Part shown: one piece after another, positions 14,154 to 21,537 of the stretch
Layout: the number at the start of each line of letters is the position of its first letter
Position numbering within the stretch: position 1 is the first letter of the stretch
Assembly (NCBI RefSeq): GCF_000011805.1
Contig: NC_006841.2
Length of the DNA: 32,000 bases
From: Aliivibrio fischeri ES114
GTDB taxonomy: Bacteria; Pseudomonadota; Gammaproteobacteria; Enterobacterales; Vibrionaceae
Reading direction: 5' to 3' (one strand)
Made by a program: the position numbers and the translations under genes
Notes under the pieces: generated by a model
Database searches by the model: none
Told to the model about the DNA's origin: nothing
The model's input: the letters and a program-made list of their open reading frames with translations, nothing else

Positions 14154-14272
14154 TAACGCCTGCATAACACGTTTACTACCAAGCAATTATACTTAAAATT
14201 GACGCATTAAAACGAGAAACACCCGACAACCTGAGATGCCGAGTGTAGTAAATCGTGTTGATGCAATTGTTA
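14154..14272 (-). repeat. attC site, subtype B, 119 bp
   Basis: TAACGCCTGCATAACACGTTTACTAC ... GTAGTAAATCGTGTTGATGCAATTGTTA. Confidence 0.9.
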
Positions 14273-14695
14273 TAACTCTTTCACTAAAAAGTACGTGGTA
14301 TGCCCTTTCGGTGAATCATTTATTTCACCGTAGACTCTATAACCATTTTTTTCGTAAAACGGTTTCGCTTGAAAGTCTAAAGTTTCAGTTCGTATTTGTT
14401 GAAGTCCTTTTTCTTTTGAAAAAAGTTCAAGTTCAGTCATCAATTTGCTACCAATTCCAGAGCCTCTGGTTTCCTCTGATAGCCATAACAACTCTAATAC
14501 ACAGTAACTCCAAACCACGCTAGCTTGAATCCCACCAATTATTTCGTTCTCATCATTTCGAGCAAAAAGAGCAAACCTAAAACCGGCATCAAACGAATCA
14601 TCATTTGGAAGAAATTTTTCGTTAAAAGCAGAGATACCATCGCTTATTCTTTTAAGATCAGCATCCAAAGGCGACGTTGCTAATTCTATTTTCAA
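14270..14695 (-). CDS. GNAT family N-acetyltransferase (141 aa); first cassette next to attI
   Basis: Motif A-like RGSGIGSKLMTELE, followed by a C-terminal FYEKNGY. GGAG SD upstream. Confidence 0.8.
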   Translation of the reverse strand: MKIELATSPLDADLKRISDGISAFNEKFLPNDDSFDAGFRFALFARNDENEIIGGIQASVVWSYCVLELLWLSEETRGSGIGSKLMTELELFSKEKGLQQIRTETLDFQAKPFYEKNGYRVYGEINDSPKGHTTYFLVKEL

Positions 14696-14725
14696 AATTT
14701 ACTCCATATTAAACTTAAAAAGTTA

Positions 14726-14800
14726 TAACATTTAATTATACCCACCACATTCGTAATCTCTACTGAATATATTTCTGTACGTATAAACTCAACATTCTAT
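14726..14800 (-). other. attI: attI site region. Cassette/attI junction at the TAAC of AGTTATAACATT, 14726-14729. The right-hand extent is uncertain.
   Basis: This is the last TAAC-type junction before intI, with no attC-like sequence to its right. Its position between the first cassette and the divergent intI fits integron architecture. Confidence 0.5.
14735..14740 (-). promoter_or_regulatory. Candidate Pc -10 box (perfect TATAAT on the minus strand) directed into the cassette array
   Basis: + strand ATTATA at 14735-14740, 6 nt from the junction. The -35 is poor (GTAGAG at 17-nt spacing). Confidence 0.3.
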
Positions 14801-14957
14801 TTCAAAACCAATAACCTAGCACCTAAAACCACTGAAACTTCAAAAGAATTATACGTAATTGGTTCGTATATCTCACTTTTAGCCTTACATGCATGTAACT
14901 GATTAAATAGACAATTCCATCAAAATTTAATCAAACCTCCAAATATACGAACCCAAA

Positions 14958-14985
14958 TTGAAACTCTAGTGAGGTGACTTACACT
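14958..14985 (+). promoter_or_regulatory. Candidate PintI promoter (TTGAAA-16-TACACT)
   Basis: Hexamers at 14958-14963 and 14980-14985, about 30 nt upstream of the intI ATG. Confidence 0.3.
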
Positions 14986-15017
14986 CAATACACCATTAAC
15001 AACCACGAACAAAGCAA

Positions 15018-16001
15018 ATGGATATCCCATTAGATCTTAAACCAGATTCACAACGCTTCACCGATCAACTTCGAATTTTCATTCGAACACGTGCGCTAGC
15101 CTATAATACAGAGAAACAATACATATATTGGATAAGTTGCTTTATTCGTCATAACAACTACACATCAAAAGACGAAATTAACGCCTTTGATATACCAGCC
15201 TACCTTGAGCACTTAGTCGTAAAACAGAACGTATCGCCAAATACCCAAAAAACCGCGTTAAACGCACTCATATTTTTATGTCGCGAATACCTACAACAAT
15301 CAGTCGATAACCTTGAATTTAAACGTTCTAAAAAAGCCACTAAATTGCCAACTGTATTTACTCATGGTGAAGCCATCTCCGTTATAAATGAACTTAACCA
15401 CCCCACTAAGCTGATTGCACAACTTATGTATGGGAGCGGTTTACGAATAAACGAAGCATTAAGGCTAAGAGTAGATGACATCGATCTTATCCATAAAACC
15501 ATCACCATAAGAAATGGGAAAGGTAATAAAGACAGGACTACTGTACTACCCGAGAGCATCATTCCAGAGCTTAAAACGCAACTCGAGTTTGTAAAACAAC
15601 AACATAAAATGGATGCAATAAACGGGGATGATGAAGTTTATCTACCTAATGCCATTGCAAAAAAATACCCTCACAGAGCAAAAAGTTATGGTTGGCAATA
15701 TGTGTTTCCTTCAAAACAGATCAGCAAAGATCCACGTTCAGGTCAGCATCGTCGACACCACATGTTAGATAGAAGCGTTCAAAAACAAGTAACCAATGCA
15801 ATAAAAAAACTTGAGATAGATAAGAAAGCCAGCAGCCACACATTTAGGCATAGCTTTGCGACACGAATTTTAGAACGGGGTGGAGATCTAAGGACAATAC
15901 AAGAATTATTGGGTCATTCTGATATCAAAACGACCCAAATTTATACTCACGTAATAGGCTTACACTTCTCAGGAACGAAAAGCCCATTAGACTTTGATTA
16001 A
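15018..16001 (+). CDS. intIA: Integron integrase IntI (tyrosine recombinase), 327 aa, apparently intact
   Basis: IntI-specific insertion ...[41 protein letters not shown]... C-terminal box [41 protein letters not shown]. Divergent from the cassette array. Confidence 0.93.
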   Translation: MDIPLDLKPDSQRFTDQLRIFIRTRALAYNTEKQYIYWISCFIRHNNYTSKDEINAFDIPAYLEHLVVKQNVSPNTQKTALNALIFLCREYLQQSVDNLEFKRSKKATKLPTVFTHGEAISVINELNHPTKLIAQLMYGSGLRINEALRLRVDDIDLIHKTITIRNGKGNKDRTTVLPESIIPELKTQLEFVKQQHKMDAINGDDEVYLPNAIAKKYPHRAKSYGWQYVFPSKQISKDPRSGQHRRHHMLDRSVQKQVTNAIKKLEIDKKASSHTFRHSFATRILERGGDLRTIQELLGHSDIKTTQIYTHVIGLHFSGTKSPLDFD

Positions 16002-16007
16002 CAATAG

Positions 16008-16181
16008 TTACATTTCATATTGGCGATGTTTTAGTGAATAGAAAATAGCTCTAATCGCTTTCGCCAAAAAGAAAACAGCAACAACAACAAAAAACTTACT
16101 AACAATAAAGCCCGGAGTTAAATAAGAAACAATCGCACAAAAAGCGCCAATTAAGGCCGATAACATCCACTCTTTTTGCAT
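16008..16181 (-). CDS. Small two-TM membrane protein, 57 aa (below the ORF-track cutoff)
   Basis: Hand translation gives MQKEWMLSALIGAFCAIVSYLTPGFIVSKFFVVVAVFFLAKAIRAIFYSLKHRQYEM. The ATG lies 2 nt after the HDOD gene stop (TAATCATG). Confidence 0.45.
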   Translation of the reverse strand: MQKEWMLSALIGAFCAIVSYLTPGFIVSKFFVVVAVFFLAKAIRAIFYSLKHRQYEM

Positions 16182-16183
16182 GA

Positions 16184-17026
16184 TTACACAACTAATCGAG
16201 CCATTTCGACACCCGAACCTCTTACTTCATCAATGTGCTCAATCACATTCTCATTCACAAATAAAATATCCACTTCAATCTGCTCAGAAAGCCATACTTT
16301 TTTAGCATCACGTGTTTCAAGTTTATCCCATTCACGATTAATCGCATTCGCCAAACGAACCGTTGCTGCCAGTGGAGAATAAATGTTATCAACTTTTGGT
16401 TCGTATTGTTCAGAAATAGCAAAAACCAACTCTTTAGAGAAACTCCAACTCTCAGCCAATTTAGCACCTAAAACTGCACTATCTGTATTGATAGTTGAAC
16501 GTTGTGCACTAACTTTCGATCTACCCGCTTCCATTTTCTCAAAGATCTCAGGAACTTTATCTGCCATAACAGTATAAATCATCAAATCACCGATGTTATG
16601 CAGCATACCCGCAGTAAAAGCGTCATTAGGGTTAACTGAACAACTTTCACCAATGGCTTTACTTAATACCGCAACTTCAAAAGTTTCTTGCCAAAAATTT
16701 TCTAGATCTATCACTTCAACATAAGGAAAAGCACTGACAAGCGAAGAAGCAATAATCAGAGTTTTAAGCGGTTCAAGACCTAAGCGTACAACCGCTTGGT
16801 TAACTGATGATACGCTCTTACCACGCGAGAAATGCGCAGAGTTAGCCAAACGTAATACACGACCACTCACCACTTGCTCAAGCGAAATTGTTTTTGATAA
16901 ATCTTGCAACTCAACGTCAGGATCATTTACCAATTCCATCATTTCACGGATCACTTTCGGAATTTTTGGTAACTCGTGAGCATGACTTAAAATTTCATTT
17001 TGTTCCATATTCTTTCTCCACAACAA
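16184..17026 (-). CDS. HDOD domain signalling protein, 280 aa
   Basis: LPKIPKVIREMMELVNDPDVELQDLSKTISLEQVVSGRVLRLANSAHF...AFTAGMLHNIGDLMI is the typical HDOD pattern. Confidence 0.8.
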   Translation of the reverse strand: MLWRKNMEQNEILSHAHELPKIPKVIREMMELVNDPDVELQDLSKTISLEQVVSGRVLRLANSAHFSRGKSVSSVNQAVVRLGLEPLKTLIIASSLVSAFPYVEVIDLENFWQETFEVAVLSKAIGESCSVNPNDAFTAGMLHNIGDLMIYTVMADKVPEIFEKMEAGRSKVSAQRSTINTDSAVLGAKLAESWSFSKELVFAISEQYEPKVDNIYSPLAATVRLANAINREWDKLETRDAKKVWLSEQIEVDILFVNENVIEHIDEVRGSGVEMARLVV

Positions 17027-17030
17027 GTCG

Positions 17031-17456
17031 CTACTTTTTCTTTTTCATCACAGCCACAGTAAAGCGGCTTGTGCAGACTAAGCGGTCTCGTTGATCTTTA
17101 ATATCAATCACCCAAACGTGGGTGGTTGCACCTAAATGTAAAGGCTTGGCCGTGGCGAAAACAGTTCCTTCACGTACAGCTCTAATATGGTTGGCATTTA
17201 TCTCTAGACCAACACAATATTTTGATTCATCAACACACCAGTTTGCCGCGATAGAAGCAACAGACTCAGCTAATGCTACTGATGCTCCACCATGAAGCAT
17301 GCCTAATGGTTGGTGAACCGTTGAAGTCACAGGCATAGATGCAGTAATCGAATTATCATCATATGCGCAATATTCAATGCTTAACGCTTCCATCAAGGTA
17401 TTACGAGACGTCGTGTTTAAGACAGTTAAATCCATCTCACGTTTCCAAATACTCAT
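17031..17456 (-). CDS. Hotdog-fold acyl-CoA thioesterase (PaaI/YbdB/DHNA-CoA hydrolase-like), about 141 aa
   Basis: VHQPLGMLHGGASVALAESVAS motif. The start is moved to ATG 17456, which follows GGGAG. The tracked N-terminal extension has no support. Confidence 0.75.
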   Translation of the reverse strand: MSIWKREMDLTVLNTTSRNTLMEALSIEYCAYDDNSITASMPVTSTVHQPLGMLHGGASVALAESVASIAANWCVDESKYCVGLEINANHIRAVREGTVFATAKPLHLGATTHVWVIDIKDQRDRLVCTSRFTVAVMKKKK

Positions 17457-17600
17457 TTTCACTCCCAATGTAACCGTTAATATATATATCGACAGTTTAC
17501 ACTCAACCTGTACGTTGAAAAACATATTTTCGCTTGTTGAACGCTTTTACTAACTGATAAACTTCACAAAAATATTTGGTTTAACTCATGTAGGATAACT

Positions 17601-18305
17601 ATGTTAAATAAAAGCATGATTACTAACTTGATTTCGTTAATCTTGTTAGGTATTGGTTATTACACGCAACAAAACACACTCTATTATATCGGCCTATTTG
17701 CTTTCTCTGGAGCATTAACAAACTGGCTTGCTATTCACATGTTGTTTGAAAAGGTTCCAGGTCTTTATGGTTCAGGGGTTATTCCTGCACGCTTTGAAGA
17801 GTTTAAAGCCAGCATTAAGCGTTTGATGATGGATCAATTTTTCACCAAAGCAAACGTAGATAAGTTTTTATCGAATGAGATGAGCTCTGTCACTAACATT
17901 AATCTAGAGCCTGTGATTGATAAGATCGACCTTTCACCAGCTTTTGATTCTTTGGTTGAAGTGATCATGAACTCTCAATTTGGTGGCATGCTTGCGATGT
18001 TTGGTGGTCAAGAAGCCATTGATCCAATGCGTGAACCGTTTATTGAAAAAATGAAAGCATCAATTACTGAGATCAGTCAGCAAGAGCAGTTTAAACAAGC
18101 ACTAAAAGAAGAGCTTGAAGCGCCAGAAATGATGGAAGACATTCAATCGACGATTGAGGATATTATTGACCAACGCCTAAATGAACTTACCCCTAAGATG
18201 GTGAAAGAAATGGTTCAGGATATGATCAAAAATCACCTAGGGTGGCTTGTAGTTTGGGGTGGTATTTTCGGCGGTGTTATCGGAATGCTTTCTACGCTAA
18301 TTTAA
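17601..18305 (+). CDS. DUF445-like membrane protein, 234 aa
   Basis: N- and C-terminal TM segments flank FEKVPGLYGSGVIPARFEEFKASI. Family assignment is from memory. Confidence 0.55.
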   Translation: MLNKSMITNLISLILLGIGYYTQQNTLYYIGLFAFSGALTNWLAIHMLFEKVPGLYGSGVIPARFEEFKASIKRLMMDQFFTKANVDKFLSNEMSSVTNINLEPVIDKIDLSPAFDSLVEVIMNSQFGGMLAMFGGQEAIDPMREPFIEKMKASITEISQQEQFKQALKEELEAPEMMEDIQSTIEDIIDQRLNELTPKMVKEMVQDMIKNHLGWLVVWGGIFGGVIGMLSTLI

Positions 18306-18357
18306 TCCATGCCAAGCTCTAAGATACCCAGGTTTTAAATACCAATGTCTTAGATAC

Positions 18358-18391
18358 AAAAATGCCAGCATTTATACGCTGGCATTTTTTA
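18358..18391. terminator. Bidirectional rho-independent terminator between convergent genes
   Basis: AAAA-AATGCCAGC-ATTTATAC-GCTGGCATT-TTTT. Confidence 0.75.
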
Positions 18392-18407
18392 TGGATTCAA
18401 TCTCAAA

Positions 18408-18608
18408 TTAATGGATTGGTGCGCTATCGTCAGCACTGAATTTACCAAAGTGCGCTTCAAGCACTTCTGGTGTTAACTCACCCGCTTCTTCAAGACGTTT
18501 TAGCTCAGCAACAATGGCTTTTTGCTCTTCAATTGATGGCAACGCTTCTTCTGGTTTATCAGCTTCTTGTTGAACCATTTCTTGAAGTTCTTTTTCAAAA
18601 TCACTCAT
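18408..18608 (-). CDS. Small acidic hypothetical protein, 66 aa
   Basis: ORF track. Clean start, with the terminator downstream. No family recognised. Confidence 0.5.
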   Translation of the reverse strand: MSDFEKELQEMVQQEADKPEEALPSIEEQKAIVAELKRLEEAGELTPEVLEAHFGKFSADDSAPIH

Positions 18609-18991
18609 GATTATTTTCTCAATTCATAAAAACAATTAGAGGGATTCTACAAGAGAATAGAAACCAATTGCAATGATTGAGTATAAGTTAATGATAATTA
18701 AATGATTTATATCAGACACTGAAGTGTGTGTGTATTTATATGCACAATTTATTTTACAATGATTTGAAGCCAATCGGCTTGTTTTGAGGAGAAGATAGAA
18801 TAAAAAAAGGGCCGTAAATGTAATCCTTTGGCTCTAACTATCGAAATCGAAAAATGTGACAGCAAGCTTGCAACTAACGAACGTATAAACGAGATACATC
18901 AGTATATAATGCGTAATAGTCTCTTATGCCCCAAAAGTCAAAATAGTAACAACCATTCCAGTTATTGCTAACAGTGCATACATACGAGATT

Positions 18992-19108
18992 ATGCCTAGA
19001 ATTGTTGGCAATGGGATCTGTAAGGCTGTAGGTATTGCCTCTGGCGTTGTAGCTGGTGGTGTTCGAGACAAGATCCAAAAGTGGCACATCATCAGGCGGA
19101 AGCCATAA
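18992..19108 (+). CDS. Possible small glycine-zipper membrane peptide, 38 aa (below the ORF-track cutoff)
   Basis: Hand translation gives MPRIVGNGICKAVGIASGVVAGGVRDKIQKWHIIRRKP. A bidirectional terminator follows at 19159-19187. The SD is weak. Confidence 0.25.
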   Translation: MPRIVGNGICKAVGIASGVVAGGVRDKIQKWHIIRRKP

Positions 19109-19158
19109 CGGAAATAAAAGCTCTACTTCTTGTCTTGGGGCTTGCCACCAATAAAATA

Positions 19159-19187
19159 TAAAAAACCGCCGATAATGGCAGTTTTTT
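19159..19187. terminator. Bidirectional rho-independent terminator
   Basis: AAAAAA-CCGCC-GATAAT-GGCAG-TTTTTT (one stem mismatch), immediately 3' of minus-strand gene 19193-19534. Confidence 0.6.
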
Positions 19188-19192
19188 GTATT

Positions 19193-19534
19193 TTATTTAA
19201 ACCTTTTATTGAGAATTTCAACTAAATCACGGCCCTTTTCTGTCAGCTCTAAGTATTTAGTTCTATGGTCACTAGGCTCATATACCCAGCAACAAATATC
19301 GTAACCTTTTCTATTTGGCCCAGCTCTGTCCGTTAGAACGCGGCAATGACGACTAGCGGAGGCTTGGGAAATTCCGAACCTCTCACATAAATGATTAGCA
19401 GATACGGTAAGCGGCAAAGTAGACATAACTTCTAAAAATGCAACCATTTGCATAGGATGAATTTCATCATGAACCAATTCTCTAAATGCCATGATGTTAT
19501 CTGTAAAGGTTTTTATTTTTGTTCCTGAGATCAT
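19193..19534 (-). CDS. Winged-helix (MarR-like) transcriptional regulator, 113 aa
   Basis: LPLTVSANHLCERFGISQASASRHCRVLTD (HTH), then a wing and a C-terminal LELTEKGRDLV. Confidence 0.55.
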   Translation of the reverse strand: MISGTKIKTFTDNIMAFRELVHDEIHPMQMVAFLEVMSTLPLTVSANHLCERFGISQASASRHCRVLTDRAGPNRKGYDICCWVYEPSDHRTKYLELTEKGRDLVEILNKRFK

Positions 19535-19634
19535 TGCCTTAACTCTTTTAAAAACGGATGTTTAAATTCTACATGGTCACTAATGAGAATGATAGGCATT
19601 AGCAAAGACGAATCACTTACAACTAAACATACGT

Positions 19635-19660
19635 ACAAAAAACCGCCGGTAATGGCGGTT
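19635..19660 (-). terminator. Rho-independent terminator (minus strand)
   Basis: Minus strand AACCGCC-ATTACC-GGCGGTT followed by TTTTTTG. Near-copy of the 19159-19187 hairpin. Confidence 0.6.
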
Positions 19661-19741
19661 TAGTCTATAAAACATATATTATTTTGGGATCACCGAAAGG
19701 CATTAAGATGAAATAATCAACCATGATAGGCATCGCATAAA

Positions 19742-19927
19742 TTACGTGCCGCAAAAACTATAATTTAGAGGTATTATCGAAACAATTGTGAATGCTAATA
19801 ACGAATACCCTACAAACTGCCACTTATACAAATTCACCATTCCGATGAAATAAAGAAACAACGACAAAAGAACTATGAACGCCCAAAAATCAAAATCAAG
19901 CACAGCGTTACTCTGCGGTTTTTGCAT
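19742..19927 (-). CDS. Small two-TM membrane protein, 61 aa
   Basis: FWAFIVLLSLFLYFIGMV and GYSLLAFTIVSIIPL hydrophobic segments. Overlaps the upstream small ORF by 20 nt. Confidence 0.4.
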   Translation of the reverse strand: MQKPQSNAVLDFDFWAFIVLLSLFLYFIGMVNLYKWQFVGYSLLAFTIVSIIPLNYSFCGT

Positions 19928-20099
19928 TCTGTTTTAACTTATCTAGTGCTTCGCCAACGGTAACAGAAATAAACTCCTTAGAATCATCGGACAATGGTTC
20001 TTTGGTTTCCATTAATTGATTAATTACAGCCAATTTCGTTTCTATCGATAAATTATTATTCATGTCACTCCCCTCTAAATAAGAATCATTCGTATACAT
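19908..20099 (-). CDS. Small hypothetical protein, 63 aa
   Basis: ORF track only. GGGGAG-like SD upstream. Confidence 0.35.
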   Translation of the reverse strand: MYTNDSYLEGSDMNNNLSIETKLAVINQLMETKEPLSDDSKEFISVTVGEALDKLKQNAKTAE

Positions 20100-20478
20100 T
20101 CACAAAAGCCACGCAAATTTATGTTATATAAAATAAAATTATAAGTGTTATTTATGCGATCAATGATTCCACAATTGATCATTTATATATTTTCATAACA
20201 ATGTTACCCGTGCAAACTGGTTACAGTTCATCCTAAAAAAGGATTGTTATAAAAAAAGATTACATATAATGAAATATTATGCTTCGATAAGTTAAATTAA
20301 ACACAACATAAAGTACAATTTTTAAATCAAGCCGCATATATGTTACGAAATCCTATAAGAACCCATTTAACTAAAAATACTAGAAACCATGATATATCTA
20401 ATGAAAATATCATCATGTCCACTGTTATTAGGAACAACGCTTATAATTTCAGTCATATTCCTAACCTATATTTAAGCT

Positions 20479-20976
20479 TCATTTCATTTCTTTTACTTTT
20501 TCGTATTGACTATTCAATATCTGCATAAGTTCTTTACTACCGCCAAAATCGGGATGAAATACTTTTGCAAGTAGCTTATACCTTGTACGAATATTTTTTT
20601 GATTCACTTTACAGTCGAAATCAAAAAAAGAAATACCTAAGCAGCTAGAATCAACCGTTTCATTATGTAGGCGAACAAACTTTGCGGCCCCACTTAGCGC
20701 TTCTGTCGCATCTTGGGCCATATCTAAAGCCTCTTTACGTTCAAGCGTAAGCGTTTCTATTCTCTTACGTAACTTATATTCATTCCCAGCGAGTGAACGT
20801 ATGGTTTCATTTGCTCTATCCAATTCAGCATTAACAAAAGTGAAGTCAGAAAAACTAACACGGCACCGTTTTCGATTCCGAGTTAGCAATAACAGAGCTA
20901 CGGTTACCATTAAGACCACCACATAAAGCACACAACTATGTAAAAGAAAATTAATATATTCATTTGAAACAGTCAT
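20479..20976 (-). CDS. Membrane-anchored J-domain protein, 165 aa
   Basis: N-terminal TM (LLHSCVLYVVVLMVTVALLLL), a coiled-coil-like middle, and a C-terminal J domain IRTRYKLLAKVFHPDFGGSKELMQILNSQYEKV (HPD at nt 20548-20556). Confidence 0.65.
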   Translation of the reverse strand: MTVSNEYINFLLHSCVLYVVVLMVTVALLLLTRNRKRCRVSFSDFTFVNAELDRANETIRSLAGNEYKLRKRIETLTLERKEALDMAQDATEALSGAAKFVRLHNETVDSSCLGISFFDFDCKVNQKNIRTRYKLLAKVFHPDFGGSKELMQILNSQYEKVKEMK

Positions 20977-21537
20977 AGATTAAGCCCTCATACCATTAAA
21001 ATTACACAAATGCTTTCTAGCCTCTTCTTGTATTCTCTTTTTGTAAGAACCTCTATAGTATTCTTTAATACTTCCATAACTCTTCTAGGGAACAAATCAC
21101 ATACCTTGCTAAACATCGTCATACCTCTTTAGATGTTTCTATTTCTTTTCTAATCCATTCAACATTCTCACTCCTTTGAACGTATTGTGTTATCAATTCA
21201 CAAACCTAAATGTATTCACTTTTTAATTTTAGAAAGCTTTGATTTCTTAGCCATATATGATCTATCTCAGTACAATACGTACCTATAAAATCATATACAG
21301 AGCTTTTAATACTCCTATATCGCACTCTTGATAAAGACCGTACCTAATTCAAATCAGCCACCTAATTTGTACTAAAGTTGTTGGTTATTTGATCTACCTT
21401 GTTTTTATTGAAAACTATATAGTTCTTTACTATATTTCAATACATACAATAAATCTGCGTAAATACGGGGTCTGTTATTGGTGCCACAACGCCCTTTTTG
21501 GGTTGGGCCAGTTGTTCAGGGCGTAGTGGGCTTTTTC

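Larger units (their letters stand above)
1..14725 (-). mobile_element. Integron gene-cassette array (sedentary chromosomal integron / superintegron), 20 cassettes. Continues beyond the left window edge.
   Basis: 19 regularly spaced attC repeats, each starting TAACGCC and ending TTTGTTA on the + strand. Most ORFs are single, on the minus strand, and fill the space between repeats. A divergent intI sits at 15018-16001. Confidence 0.93.

Noticed and set aside
258-14272. Regularly spaced ~120-bp repeats that could be mistaken for a CRISPR array or REP/MITE elements
   Set aside because: The repeats are 101-121 bp, far longer than CRISPR repeats. The spacers are 420-2340 bp and contain genes. The repeats have attC architecture (TAAC...GTTA ends and an imperfect internal dyad with a bulged base), and an intI lies adjacent.
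14762-14780. Possible LexA box TACTGAATATATTTCTGTA upstream of intI
   Set aside because: It has CTG...CTGT rather than the palindromic CTGT-N8-ACAG. There is no CAG anywhere on the + strand of the intergenic region, so no canonical SOS box exists.
20340-20528. 62-aa + strand ORF upstream of, and overlapping the 3' end of, the J-domain gene
   Set aside because: It is a low-complexity AT-rich translation that overlaps the better-supported minus-strand gene, and it has no SD.
21483-21537. Long imperfect hairpin CCACAACGCCC-(24 nt)-GGGCGTAGTGG just 3' of the TonB-dependent receptor gene, considered as its terminator
   Set aside because: The T-run (GCTTTTTCTT) follows the hairpin on the + strand, not on the minus strand where the gene is. 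On the minus strand no U-tract follows. It may still act as a stabilising or Rho-related element, but I cannot call it an intrinsic terminator for the receptor.
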